A stretch of DNA of 64,000 bases. Source: Eubacteriales bacterium. GTDB lineage: Bacteria > Bacillota > Clostridia > Oscillospirales > CAG-272. Position 1 is the stretch's first letter. The number at the start of each line of letters is the position of its first letter. Positions 52,979-63,077 of this stretch are shown in pieces. The stretch is from assembly GCA_045127215.1 (NCBI GenBank), contig JBGVPV010000049.1, positions 230-64,229 on the forward strand, in the 5' to 3' direction. The notes beneath the pieces are model-generated. The model searched no databases and was not told the origin of the DNA. It saw nothing but the letters and a program-made list of their open reading frames with translations. Position numbers and translations under genes: made by a program.

Positions 52979-54571
52979 TTAATTTGTTTTGAGTCGTTTA
53001 TGAGATATGACAGCGATATCGTCCTTGCCTATCACACCGAGCAACAAGCAAAGCGAAAAATATGCCACCGCCGCACACGCAAGCGCCGCCAAAAACGGCA
53101 AAGCAGTACCGTCAAGCTTTGCGCAAAGCGAAAGATAGACGACGTACGAAGCAAGTATCGCCGTAGCAGAGCAAACGAAGATCTTGATCATACCCCACGC
53201 AAAAGCTATTTTCCCCTTCACGGTCCTATAGACGAATATAAGGTCAAGCACCATTACCGTGACGTTAAAGAGCAAGGTACTTATAGGCGCACCAAGCGAC
53301 GCGATGTCCGGCATTCCGATAAGAATATAAGCGCTGACAGCCTTTACCGCGGCTCCCACTCCAAGTGCGATTATCGGAAGCATTACGCGTCCATAGGATT
53401 GGAGCACGGCGCACGAGGTAGTCACAAGACAGCTTAGAAGCACGGACGCGCCGAGTGAAGATAAAAGCGGCGCGGCAATACTTACAGCCTCTGGGCTTGA
53501 CGGAAACAAAAGTGATATTATCTGCCCGGCATAAAGAATTATCCCCATACCCGCAGGCATAGCTAAAAACGCAGTTAAGCGAAAAGCGTTGCCCACCGCG
53601 CTTTTCTGTTCCTCGGTATCCCCTACCGCGACAGCCGCGGACAAGCGAGGTATCAGGCTCTCTGTGATCGGCGGTATAAATGCGGGAACGAGACTGAATA
53701 CCGGAATAGCAAGCGTGGTATACGAACCGTATATTTTATTGGCGTCCGACGCGCTGACACCGATATCCTGAAGTCTGCGCATAATAAACGCCATATCTAT
53801 CATTCTTGAAGTACCCATAAGCGCAGAGCCTGCGGTTATAGGCAAGGAAATCTTAAATATCTCCCAAAAATAAGAGCATCTGTACGGAGCTTTATTTGAG
53901 TGGGAGTCAGCTTTAAATCTTATTTTTTTGGCAAACAAGTAAAGGGCTGACAAAAGGCTGCCGAGCGACACGCCGAGTATTCCCATTGCCGCCGCAAAAT
54001 AGAGCTTTGCCCCCGATCTGATCGAAGCAAGGGCAAACACCACGCCGAATAACAGCTTTCCAAATGCCTCTGTAAGCTGAGATATCGCCGTTGGCAGCAT
54101 ATCCCGCTTGCCTTGAAAATACCCTCTCACGGCACCTGCGGCGCAAGAAAAGAACAGCGCGGGAGAAATACAGAGTATCGCAGGATACGCCTCGTGATTG
54201 CCTATAAGAGTGGCAATAGGCTCGGCGAAAATAGCAAGCCCACCCGAGAACAGCACCCCCTTGGTTACCATTATCGCAGACGCCGTTCTGTAAACGCCGT
54301 TTTCCCTGCGGATATCTCCCTTTTTATCGGCAGACGATATAAGCATCGACACCGCCACGGGCATTCCCGAGGTTGCGACGCCGCACAGCAGCGCGTATAT
54401 CTCATACGCCGAGTTAAAATATCCCATACCCTCAGCTCCAAGCACGGACAAGAGGGGGATCTTATACGCAAGACCTATTATCTTGACAATAACCGTTGAC
54501 ACGGTGAGTATCAGCACACCCGACATAAAAGCGCGCTCACTCGTTACCGCATCGTATTTTATAAGCTTCAA
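52979..54571 (-). CDS. MOP-superfamily flippase, SpoVB/YabM/MurJ-like
   Basis: 530 aa with about 14 TM spans. N-terminus FMSGVLILTVSTVIVKIIGLAYKIPLLSVLGAEGMGYF, typical of SpoVB/polysaccharide biosynthesis proteins. Its position upstream of mazG matches B. subtilis yabM. The TTG start is uncertain. Confidence 0.82.
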   Translation of the reverse strand: MKLIKYDAVTSERAFMSGVLILTVSTVIVKIIGLAYKIPLLSVLGAEGMGYFNSAYEIYALLCGVATSGMPVAVSMLISSADKKGDIRRENGVYRTASAIMVTKGVLFSGGLAIFAEPIATLIGNHEAYPAILCISPALFFSCAAGAVRGYFQGKRDMLPTAISQLTEAFGKLLFGVVFALASIRSGAKLYFAAAMGILGVSLGSLLSALYLFAKKIRFKADSHSNKAPYRCSYFWEIFKISLPITAGSALMGTSRMIDMAFIMRRLQDIGVSASDANKIYGSYTTLAIPVFSLVPAFIPPITESLIPRLSAAVAVGDTEEQKSAVGNAFRLTAFLAMPAGMGIILYAGQIISLLFPSSPEAVSIAAPLLSSLGASVLLSCLVTTSCAVLQSYGRVMLPIIALGVGAAVKAVSAYILIGMPDIASLGAPISTLLFNVTVMVLDLIFVYRTVKGKIAFAWGMIKIFVCSATAILASYVVYLSLCAKLDGTALPFLAALACAAVAYFSLCLLLGVIGKDDIAVISHKRLKTN

Positions 54572-54573
54572 TT

Positions 54574-54728
54574 AAAACACCGCCCAACTAAAGTTTCCCT
54601 GCACTACGGCAGTCCGCAATAAATTCTTATTCGGCAGGGCTTTTCCATATTCTCAGCCACGGCATATCAGGACGCGCACGCGCCTCGGCCGCACATTGAC
54701 TGACCTTTATATGTATGAACGGTGTTTT
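54574..54728 (-). ncRNA. Candidate structured leader RNA of unknown class
   Basis: GC-rich spacer enclosed by the 9-nt inverted repeat AAAACACCG (54574..54582) / CGGTGTTTT (54720..54728). Nested complementary pairs are 54608..54614/54698..54705 and 54597..54602/54634..54639. One local helix (GCGGC/GCCGU) needs a G-U that exists only on the minus-strand RNA. Confidence 0.3.
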
Positions 54729-54745
54729 TTAAGGTTATTTAATTA

Positions 54746-56242
54746 TCAGAGAAGCAAGCCGCGTTCGGTATAAAACTTAACTGCGGCATCCTCAAGCTGC
54801 TCACATCTGTCCTCACCGAGATACTCGTAAGGATATTTGTGATTGAAGAATCGCTCGATATTACCCGAGCTTCCCACAGGTACGGTGTTATCCACGAATT
54901 TGGTAACGGCGCCCGCGCCTGCGGCAAAGATGGAGTGTATCTCCTCCATCATATAGATATTGTAAAGTCCTTCGTGAGAAGGAAGTGAGAAGCCGACGTT
55001 TTCATAGTTTCCCACGGTATTTTTCTGCCTATACATATAATACGGCAGGTATCCCGCCTGCTGTATCTTTATCTGAGAATAATCCACGCATTTTCCCGAA
55101 TCTCCACCGCGCAAGGAGTATATCTGAGAGTTCATTTTCAGTATCTCCGCAGACTTCTTGACGCAGAAGGTATGCACGGTTATATTCTCGGGTTCAAGCG
55201 CGATTATCTTATCGACAGTCGAGGAAAACTTCTTGAAATTATCCGCAGGAAGTCCTGCTATAAGATCGACGTTGACCGTCTTGATGCCTGATTTTTTAGC
55301 TATCTCATAAGCACGGTAAAAATCCTCTGCGGTATGATTTCTGCCAATTCCGCAAATAACGTCGTCACACAAGCTCTGCGGATTTACGCTGACTCGTGTT
55401 ACGCCGTAGCTATACGCTATCGCAAACTTTTGTGCCGTAATGGTATCGGGTCTGCCTGCTTCAAGGGTATATTCCTCAAGCGCGCCGACGTCGGTCTGCT
55501 CTGCCACAAAGGAAAGCAGATCCTCAAGCTGATGCTCGTCAAGAATGGTGGGCGTTCCGCCACCTATATACACGGTGCGCACACGAAGCCCGAGCTTCTT
55601 GATAAGATCAAAGTTTGCTTTTATATCAAGCTTAAGTCGCTCTATATACTGAGGTATGAGCGAGAGCAATCTTTTAGAGGTATAAGAAACAAAGGAGCAG
55701 TACGTGCATCTGGTGGGACAAAACGGTATGGATATATACACACTGCAATCCTTAGATGAAGGCTCGCCTACTATTCGCTTTTCAGTGAGCGCAATATCGG
55801 TTGCAAGAGCCGCCTTTTTGGGAATGACGAGGTAATCGCTCGCAAGAGTCTTTTTAACTCTGGTCTTACTCATTCCCCCCGCGAGCATCTCACTTGCCAC
55901 CTTGGACGGACGCACTCCGATGAGCATCCCCCACGCGGGACGGTAGCCCATTATCTCTCCAAGCGCACCGATAACGGCACCACCCACGGAGAGCTTCAAG
56001 GTGCGTTCTCGCGTTCTCTTGTCAACAAACTCAGCGGTATATTCGTGTTTTGCCTCTCTGCCGTCAAAACGCGCGTGAGCAAACGTAACTATGCCCTGCT
56101 CGTTCTCCTGCGTTTTCACGTATAAATACGGCGTATCGAGCTCGTCCACTTCATTCTCGCCGAATTTTTCCCCGGGGAAAAATATCATAGCAAGCGTCTG
56201 CACGTAATATCTGTTTATTTCGGAATCTAATTTAATGAACAT
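54746..56242 (-). CDS. hemZ: Radical SAM coproporphyrinogen dehydrogenase-like protein HemZ
   Basis: 498 aa. CxxxCxxC motif SIPFCPTRCTYCSF, and HemN-like C-terminal domains. Confidence 0.85.
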   Translation of the reverse strand: MFIKLDSEINRYYVQTLAMIFFPGEKFGENEVDELDTPYLYVKTQENEQGIVTFAHARFDGREAKHEYTAEFVDKRTRERTLKLSVGGAVIGALGEIMGYRPAWGMLIGVRPSKVASEMLAGGMSKTRVKKTLASDYLVIPKKAALATDIALTEKRIVGEPSSKDCSVYISIPFCPTRCTYCSFVSYTSKRLLSLIPQYIERLKLDIKANFDLIKKLGLRVRTVYIGGGTPTILDEHQLEDLLSFVAEQTDVGALEEYTLEAGRPDTITAQKFAIAYSYGVTRVSVNPQSLCDDVICGIGRNHTAEDFYRAYEIAKKSGIKTVNVDLIAGLPADNFKKFSSTVDKIIALEPENITVHTFCVKKSAEILKMNSQIYSLRGGDSGKCVDYSQIKIQQAGYLPYYMYRQKNTVGNYENVGFSLPSHEGLYNIYMMEEIHSIFAAGAGAVTKFVDNTVPVGSSGNIERFFNHKYPYEYLGEDRCEQLEDAAVKFYTERGLLL

Positions 56243-56272
56243 AAAGTTCTCCTCAAAAAGATAAAGTAAAAA

Positions 56273-56728
56273 TTATGCTTTTCCTAAAAGCACACAGCTG
56301 TCCATAACTATGGTAACGGGGCCGTCGTTGGCAATATCCACCTTCATATCCGCGCCGAAAATTCCTTTCTCGACAGGAACGAACAAGGCGCAATTATCCG
56401 CAAAATACTCGTAAAGCTCATTTGCCTCGTCAGGTGCCGCCGCGCCCATATAATCGGGACGGTTGCCTTTTTTATAAGCGGCAAGAAGTGTGAAATTGGA
56501 TATGACGAGCATCTCGCCGCCAATATCCACAAGAGAGCGGTTCATCTTACCCGCATCATCGCAAAATATGCGCAGGTTAAGTATTTTACGGACAAGCGCG
56601 TCGGCGTCAGCCGTAGTGTCTCCCTTAGCAACGCCAAGAAGAATGCAAAGACCGTGTCCGCATTTCCCTACCGTCACGCCGTCAACATTGACGCTCGCGC
56701 TGCTTACTCTCTGTATTACCGCTATCAT
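56273..56728 (-). CDS. dtd: D-aminoacyl-tRNA deacylase
   Basis: 151 aa. MIAVIQRV...SNFTL...GPVT motifs. Confidence 0.95.
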   Translation of the reverse strand: MIAVIQRVSSASVNVDGVTVGKCGHGLCILLGVAKGDTTADADALVRKILNLRIFCDDAGKMNRSLVDIGGEMLVISNFTLLAAYKKGNRPDYMGAAAPDEANELYEYFADNCALFVPVEKGIFGADMKVDIANDGPVTIVMDSCVLLGKA

Positions 56729-56747
56729 AAATTACACCTCGTGATTA

Positions 56748-58961
56748 TTATGAAAATCCTCTTACTATATCCTCTACGCCTTCTATACCGCGCAGACGTG
56801 AAACTATTGAATAATAATGGTCAACGTTCTTACAGCTTATCTTAAGATTGATGATCGCCTTGTCAGATCCACTCTTGGTGGTGTTTATAGACAAGAGATA
56901 TACTCTCATATCGGAAAGCGCGACGGATATATCCGCAACAACGCCCATTCTGTCATAAACGTATATCGCAAGCTGAGCCTCGTAAAGATGCTGTGAGCTG
57001 TCACTGCCGCCCTCCCAGTGCGCCTCTACAAAGCGATCCGCGTTTTCCGCGTTTCCTTTCATAGTAACGATATTGGGGCAGTCGTGCTTGTGAATGGATA
57101 TTCCATATCCCTTGGTGATAAATCCTACTACGCTGTCACCCGGAAGCGGATTACAGCATTTTGCAAATTTAACCTGACAGCCGTATTCTCCATCGACTAC
57201 TATTCCGCCGTTGGAGCGTATATTCTTAGGAGTGCTGGTCTTGATATTTTCAACCGTTATCTCCTCAACCTCAGGCTCGGTCACGACTATCTGCTTTTCA
57301 AACTCGTCATGGAGCTTGGTTGCCACCTTGGAAAGTGAAATTCCGCCGTATCCCAGCGTATTGTAAAGGTCGTCAGCACTCATAAAGCCTATGCGCTGTC
57401 CAACCGCCGCGACGATATCGTTTCTCTGAGCCTCACTATAAGAGCGTCTCCAGCGTTTGAATTCACCGTCAACCATCGCTTTACCCGCGACGATATTCTC
57501 CGCTCTCTTCTCCTTTTTGAACCAAGCTCTTATCTTAGTTCTTGCCTCGCCCGTCTTAACAACAGTAAGCCAGTCACGGCTGGGGCCCTTGGAAGAAGAG
57601 GACGTGAGTATCTCAACGATGTCACCCGTAACGGGGGAGCTGTCTATCGGCACTATCATACCGTTGACCTTAGCGCCTATCATTGAGTTACCGACTCCCG
57701 AGTGTATGGAGTACGCAAAATCTATAAGTGTTGATCCCTGAGGCAACGCCAGAACGTCGCCCTTAGGTGTAAACACGAACACTTCATCGTGGAAAAGGTC
57801 TGTCTTAAGCGCCTCAAGGAATTCATCGGGATCCTTTACGCTGCTTTCGGTCTCGACAAGACGGGAGATCCACTCCAGCTTCTTGTCCATATCCTCCTTA
57901 GCCTTCTCACCCGATTTATATTTCCAATGCGCCGCGATACCGTACTCCGCGATATGATGCATTTCCCAGGTTCTTATCTGCACCTCAAACGGAACGCCCT
58001 CCTTACCTATTACGGTAGTATGGAGCGAACGGTACATATTGGGCTTAGGCATGGAGATATAATCCTTAAATCTACCCGGAACGGACTTGAACATCTCGTG
58101 TATAAGTCCGAGCGCCGTATAGCATTCAAGCTCTGTATCAACGATTATTCGCAAAGCGTAAAAATCGTATATCTGATCAAAGCTCTTATTATGGTTATAC
58201 ATCTTGTTATAGATGCTGTACGCCGACTTGATACGGCCCTTGAGAGAGTAGGAAATATGATTTTCCTTGAGCTTTTCCTCTACCTTTGCGGTAACGCTCT
58301 CTATAAAATACGCGCTCTCGCCGTATTTATCCTGAATATAGCTCTGCACCTCGGCATATCCGATAGGGTCAAGGTAGGATATACACAGATTTTCAAGCTC
58401 CTGCTTGATCTTCTGCATACCGAGTCTGTGTGCGAGAGGCGCGTACACGTGCATGGTCTCAAGCGCTGTGGAACGTCTTTTGGGATCGGGCTTTACCGAA
58501 AGCGTACGCATATTGTGAAGTCTGTCACAAAGCTTGATAAATATAACTCTTACGTCCTTTGACATCGCAAGAAGCATTTTACGAAGATTTTCGATATGTG
58601 CCTCTTCCTTGTCCTCGATATAAAGCGTTACGAGCTTTGTAAGTCCGTCTACAAGCATTGCAACCTCTGCGCCAAACATCTTCTCTATCTGCGAGAGGTC
58701 TGTCTTGTCGGAGCAATCCTCCACGGTATCGTGAAGCAGAGCCGCGCATATTGAGTTTGTGTCAAGCTCAAGTCCTGCAACTATCTCAGCCACCGCAATA
58801 GGATGAGAGATATAAGGCTCGCCGCTGACGCGGAACTGTCCCGCGTGAAGCTCTGCGGCATAATCCGCTGCCTTTTGTATTTTGTCAATATCATAATTCT
58901 TACCGGTTGCCTTGAGCATCTCGATAAGCTTGGATATTCCTCCAAAATTTTCAAGTGACAT
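56748..58961 (-). CDS. relA: Bifunctional (p)ppGpp synthetase/hydrolase RelA/SpoT (Rel)
   Basis: 737 aa with HD domain (HDTVED), synthetase domain (YRSLHT), TGS and ACT-like C-terminus. Confidence 0.96.
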   Translation of the reverse strand: MSLENFGGISKLIEMLKATGKNYDIDKIQKAADYAAELHAGQFRVSGEPYISHPIAVAEIVAGLELDTNSICAALLHDTVEDCSDKTDLSQIEKMFGAEVAMLVDGLTKLVTLYIEDKEEAHIENLRKMLLAMSKDVRVIFIKLCDRLHNMRTLSVKPDPKRRSTALETMHVYAPLAHRLGMQKIKQELENLCISYLDPIGYAEVQSYIQDKYGESAYFIESVTAKVEEKLKENHISYSLKGRIKSAYSIYNKMYNHNKSFDQIYDFYALRIIVDTELECYTALGLIHEMFKSVPGRFKDYISMPKPNMYRSLHTTVIGKEGVPFEVQIRTWEMHHIAEYGIAAHWKYKSGEKAKEDMDKKLEWISRLVETESSVKDPDEFLEALKTDLFHDEVFVFTPKGDVLALPQGSTLIDFAYSIHSGVGNSMIGAKVNGMIVPIDSSPVTGDIVEILTSSSSKGPSRDWLTVVKTGEARTKIRAWFKKEKRAENIVAGKAMVDGEFKRWRRSYSEAQRNDIVAAVGQRIGFMSADDLYNTLGYGGISLSKVATKLHDEFEKQIVVTEPEVEEITVENIKTSTPKNIRSNGGIVVDGEYGCQVKFAKCCNPLPGDSVVGFITKGYGISIHKHDCPNIVTMKGNAENADRFVEAHWEGGSDSSQHLYEAQLAIYVYDRMGVVADISVALSDMRVYLLSINTTKSGSDKAIINLKISCKNVDHYYSIVSRLRGIEGVEDIVRGFS

Positions 58962-59009
58962 AAAAATTTCCTCTTAAGAAAAGGCAGACAGGCAAAACGT
59001 AAAATTAAA

Positions 59010-61187
59010 TCAAGCTCTCTGCCCTTTTAATTTTTTAAGTATAAACGATTTTTCTATATCGGTCTTACTGCCGTTGAAAAATACGTTAAAGGTATATACG
59101 TCATCCGCACACTCGGTCACCTCGCAAATGCGGAGCTCGTCGAGTATTCGGAGTATGAATTTCATCTTTGCATAGTTTATGATAGGCTGATCGGGAATAT
59201 TTACACCCCTGAGGATCGCACGTATTCCAAGTACGCTGGTTTGCGCTCGGTACTCCTTGCGAAGAGTTGTATATACTCGCACAAAATCCTCGCGTCTCGG
59301 GATTATATCGTCGTCTGACGAAAAGCTTCCGCCGTTTTTAACGTGCTCGTAAAGCTTCTTTTCAGCTTCAAGTCTGTTGCTGTATTCCTCGCAAATACGG
59401 ATATCGTGAACTATCATCTGAACGCTGCGCACGTTTCTGTATTCGTTAACGTCAATATTGAAAAGCACGTCAACGCAGTCACCCTCAACACAGCACAGCT
59501 CGCTCTCGCCCACGCCAAAATACATTGCCGTGACGCAGATTCCATCCTTCTGAAGCAGGAGCTTTGAGTGCTTTCCCGCGCCAATGGATGTAATACGGCG
59601 CACAGTTGCGCCCTTTACCACAAACTGCGGAGATGCATTTCCGATACCGAACGGCTCGAGGCGAAGTATCTCCTCCGCAAATGCGATGTTCAGCTCGTTC
59701 ATAGCCAGCTCACAATCAGCCTCGTGGTGAATTTTGAGCATATCGTCATTTATTCTCTGACTTGCGTACTCGTTTATTCTTGCCCTGAACTCGTCAAGCA
59801 TACCGCGCTTTACGGTAAGTCCTGCCGCAAGCTCGTGACCGCCGTATTTTACAAGCAGATCCTCACACGCGTTAAGAGCCTCAACGAGATTAAGTCCCTT
59901 TATACTTCTTCCCGAGCCCTTACCGTCGTCACTTCCGTCAGGCTCTCCGTCAACCGAGCCGCTGAAGGACACGAGAATGGACGGGAGTCCGTATTTCTCG
60001 GTTATTCTTGAAGATACAATTCCGATAATTCCCTGCTGCCAACTGTCGTGCGCAAGAACTATCACCTTATCGTTGTCGTAAGCATCCGTAGCCTCAAGCA
60101 TTTCATACGCCTGAGTTGCAATCTGATTTTCCTCAACCTGTCTTTGTCTGTTTATCTCACAAAGACGCTCGGTATATTCCCTTACTGTCTTTGCGTCCTC
60201 GGCAAGCATAAGCTCGACCGCCATAGCCGCGTCGCTTATTCGTCCTGCGGCGTTTATTCTCGGAGCTATACCAAAGCCTATCATTCCCGACGTAACTTTA
60301 CGCGCGGAAGAAGCGTCCTGCGATTTTTTCGAGGAAGCGTCAAGCAATGATATAAGTCCCGGGCGTCCCTCGCCCTTACCGAGCTTTGCAAGTCCAAGAC
60401 TCACGATAAGGCGATTTTCATCCATAAGCGGCATTACGTCAGCAATAGTGCCCACAGCCACGAGATCCGCGTATTTTGCGGACATGGTACGAATACCCTC
60501 TATAACGCTCTTGCCCATTCTCTGACATCTGCGCATTTCACACGCGCATACTGTCTTGAATACCACTCCGACACCCGCAAGATCCTTGAAGGGATACGGA
60601 CAATCGGGTCTGTGAGGGTTTACAACGGCAACGGCATTCGGAAGCTCGCTGTGACACTCGTGATGGTCGGTTATAACGAAATCCACGCCAAGCTCGGCGG
60701 CAAAATCCACCTCCGCATTCGCCGTAATACCCGTATCAACGGTTATGATAAGCGTCGCTCCGCTCTCGGATATGGTCTGTATTGCAGGCTTGGATACACC
60801 GTATCCCTCACCCTCACGCTTGGGTATCTTTATAGAGGCGTCCGCGCCGAGCGAGGTCAGATAAAGATAAAGCAAGCTCGCCGAGGTCACGCCGTCAACG
60901 TCATAGTCTCCGTAAATGTATATTTTTTCCTTATTGTCCACCGCACTGAGAATTCTCTCAACAGCAGCGCCCATATCAGCGAGAAGAAAAGGATCGTGAA
61001 AATCAGTTTCCTCAAATCTGAGAAAGCGACGCGCACTATCGGCATTGGTATATCCTCTGTTATAAAGAAGCACGGCAAACAGAAAAGAAACGCCAAGCTC
61101 CTCTGACATCTGCATGGCAGCTTGTCTTTGGTCTTCATTGCCGTTATACCTTATTTCCCAAATTTTTTGTCTTCTCAACTCTTTCAT
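59010..61187 (-). CDS. recJ: Single-stranded-DNA-specific exonuclease RecJ
   Basis: 725 aa. DHH motifs (GDYDVDG, TVDTG, ITDHHE) and DHHA1 (GGHELAAG). Confidence 0.94.
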   Translation of the reverse strand: MKELRRQKIWEIRYNGNEDQRQAAMQMSEELGVSFLFAVLLYNRGYTNADSARRFLRFEETDFHDPFLLADMGAAVERILSAVDNKEKIYIYGDYDVDGVTSASLLYLYLTSLGADASIKIPKREGEGYGVSKPAIQTISESGATLIITVDTGITANAEVDFAAELGVDFVITDHHECHSELPNAVAVVNPHRPDCPYPFKDLAGVGVVFKTVCACEMRRCQRMGKSVIEGIRTMSAKYADLVAVGTIADVMPLMDENRLIVSLGLAKLGKGEGRPGLISLLDASSKKSQDASSARKVTSGMIGFGIAPRINAAGRISDAAMAVELMLAEDAKTVREYTERLCEINRQRQVEENQIATQAYEMLEATDAYDNDKVIVLAHDSWQQGIIGIVSSRITEKYGLPSILVSFSGSVDGEPDGSDDGKGSGRSIKGLNLVEALNACEDLLVKYGGHELAAGLTVKRGMLDEFRARINEYASQRINDDMLKIHHEADCELAMNELNIAFAEEILRLEPFGIGNASPQFVVKGATVRRITSIGAGKHSKLLLQKDGICVTAMYFGVGESELCCVEGDCVDVLFNIDVNEYRNVRSVQMIVHDIRICEEYSNRLEAEKKLYEHVKNGGSFSSDDDIIPRREDFVRVYTTLRKEYRAQTSVLGIRAILRGVNIPDQPIINYAKMKFILRILDELRICEVTECADDVYTFNVFFNGSKTDIEKSFILKKLKGQRA

Positions 61188-61195
61188 GAAATACC

Positions 61196-62845
61196 TCAGA
61201 ATTTTATTTTTGCAGGCGCAAATCTCTCCATAAGCGCAATTGCAATGCGTACGCCGTCAAGCGCCGCACTGGTGATTCCACCCGCATATCCCGCGCCTTC
61301 GCCGCCGGGATATATTTTATCGTGGCCAAGGGCACACAAGGCTTCTGTACGCAATATACGTACGGGGGCTGAGCTACGCGTTTCGACTCCCGTCATAACC
61401 GCGTCTCGTGCCGCAAAGCCACCGAGTTTTTTGTCAAAGCTGTAAAGTCCAAGTCTCAGCTCCTCACCCACGAATCTCGGGAGAAGCTTGTCTATATCTG
61501 CGCATCTTACCTTTCCGTCGCGGTAGGTCGGCATTACCCGAGACGGCTCAGTTCCCACCTTACCGCCAAGAAAATCTCCAACCGTCTGTACGGGCGCGTA
61601 ATAATCACCGCCGCCCATCTCAAACGCCGCGCGCTCAAGTCTGCGCTGAAATTCTATCGCATCCCGGCAAGTGCCGCCGATATCGTCGGGGCGCACCGAT
61701 ACGAGCACCGCGGAATTTGAATTCACACCGTCTCTCGCGTGCTTACTCATACCGTTGACCACTACTCCGCCGCGCTCACTTGCCGCCGCTACTACCTCAC
61801 CGCCGGGGCACATACAAAACGTATAAACGCCTCGTCCCGACGTGGTATCGGACAGATGATACTCCGCTCTGCCAAGCTTTGCGTGTCCCGCAAAATCTCC
61901 GTACAAAGCCCTGTCTATATCGTCCGCGAGATGCTCTATACGAACTCCCACAGAAAACGGCTTGACCGCCAAGGAAAAAGAGCTTTTCATCAGCATCTCG
62001 TAAGTGTCCCTGGCGCTGTGTCCGGGTGCAAGCACCAATGAAGAACACATAATGTCGCCGCTTGTGGTAACGGCTCTTACGTTATTTTCAAGATACTCTA
62101 TACCGTCAAGTCGACAGCGATAGATCACCTTGCCGCCAAGCTCACGAATTCTTGAAAGCATATTATCTACTACGTTCACAAGCAGATCGGTTCCGATATG
62201 AGGCTTTGCGTTGACGAGTATATCCTCGGGCGCTCCAAAATCGCAAAATCTGCGAAGTATATAATTTATACGGGCGTCGTTGACTCTCGTCACCAGCTTT
62301 CCGTCGGAAAAAGTTCCCGCACCGCCTGCGCCGAACTGAATATTACTCTCGGGATCAAGCTCGCCGTCACGCGTAAAACGTGTGGTTTTGCGCACTCGCT
62401 CGGCAATTCCGTCACCGCGGTCGATAAGTATCGGGCGGTATCCGTTTTCTGCCAACAACAGCGCACAAAAAATACCGCAAGGTCCCATGCCGACCACAAG
62501 AGGCGGATATTCACTTACCTCATCGCCAAAGGAAAACTCCATGGCGTTATCATTGATCGGCGTTGACGGATACTTAACCCTTTTAAGAGCCTCCTCGCTC
62601 ACGCGATAATCCCCCTCTGCCGTAGCACGTACAGAGTACACGAGCTTTATGCTATTCTTCTTTCTCGCGTCTACCGATCTTTTGTATATACTTAAATTAA
62701 GGCGTGCAGGGTTTATCCCTGCACGTCTTAGCTCTTTCGCCGCAAGCTGTAATACCTCATTTTCATCGGTATCAAGAGATATCGCTATTCCACCGATCAC
62801 GAAGATTGAGTATCCGCTCGCTTGCACTGCTCTCTTATCCATCAT
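61196..62845 (-). CDS. FAD-dependent oxidoreductase (COG2509-like)
   Basis: 549 aa. Dinucleotide-binding motif VVGMGPCGIFCALLLA and a C-terminal GEGAGYAGGI block. Confidence 0.8.
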   Translation of the reverse strand: MMDKRAVQASGYSIFVIGGIAISLDTDENEVLQLAAKELRRAGINPARLNLSIYKRSVDARKKNSIKLVYSVRATAEGDYRVSEEALKRVKYPSTPINDNAMEFSFGDEVSEYPPLVVGMGPCGIFCALLLAENGYRPILIDRGDGIAERVRKTTRFTRDGELDPESNIQFGAGGAGTFSDGKLVTRVNDARINYILRRFCDFGAPEDILVNAKPHIGTDLLVNVVDNMLSRIRELGGKVIYRCRLDGIEYLENNVRAVTTSGDIMCSSLVLAPGHSARDTYEMLMKSSFSLAVKPFSVGVRIEHLADDIDRALYGDFAGHAKLGRAEYHLSDTTSGRGVYTFCMCPGGEVVAAASERGGVVVNGMSKHARDGVNSNSAVLVSVRPDDIGGTCRDAIEFQRRLERAAFEMGGGDYYAPVQTVGDFLGGKVGTEPSRVMPTYRDGKVRCADIDKLLPRFVGEELRLGLYSFDKKLGGFAARDAVMTGVETRSSAPVRILRTEALCALGHDKIYPGGEGAGYAGGITSAALDGVRIAIALMERFAPAKIKF

Positions 62846-63075
62846 TATACAGCGTCTGCCGCGCTAAATTCAACGCAAGCCGTTTGCGTATTGTTGGCGT
62901 CGTCGTTCGTAGCAGTGCCCCTTGCCTTAGAACCCTCCGCGATTGCCCATATACTGAACGCAATAAGCACGCATACGATAAATGCAAGTATATTGGAGCG
63001 TCTGCTCTTTTTTACAACGTACGAGCCGTCCTCATGCTCTTCTCTGTATTTATTTCTCATCATTTCCACACCCAC
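62845..63075 (-). CDS. Small single-pass membrane protein in the position of CdaR (anchor only)
   Basis: 72-76 aa depending on the start (GTG at 63075 or ATG at 63063). Charged N-terminus, TM NILAFIVCVLIAFSIWAIA, and a short polar tail. The stop overlaps the next gene's start by 1 nt. Confidence 0.5.
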   Translation of the reverse strand: MGVEMMRNKYREEHEDGSYVVKKSRRSNILAFIVCVLIAFSIWAIAEGSKARGTATNDDANNTQTACVEFSAADAV

Positions 63076-63077
63076 CC

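Noticed and set aside
54690-54745. SigE-like -10 element (CATACATA on the minus strand) upstream of the SpoVB-like gene
   Set aside because: No acceptable -35 element (ATA-containing heptamer) lies at the expected 14-nt spacing; the best candidate is 16 nt away. The match is too weak to report as a feature.
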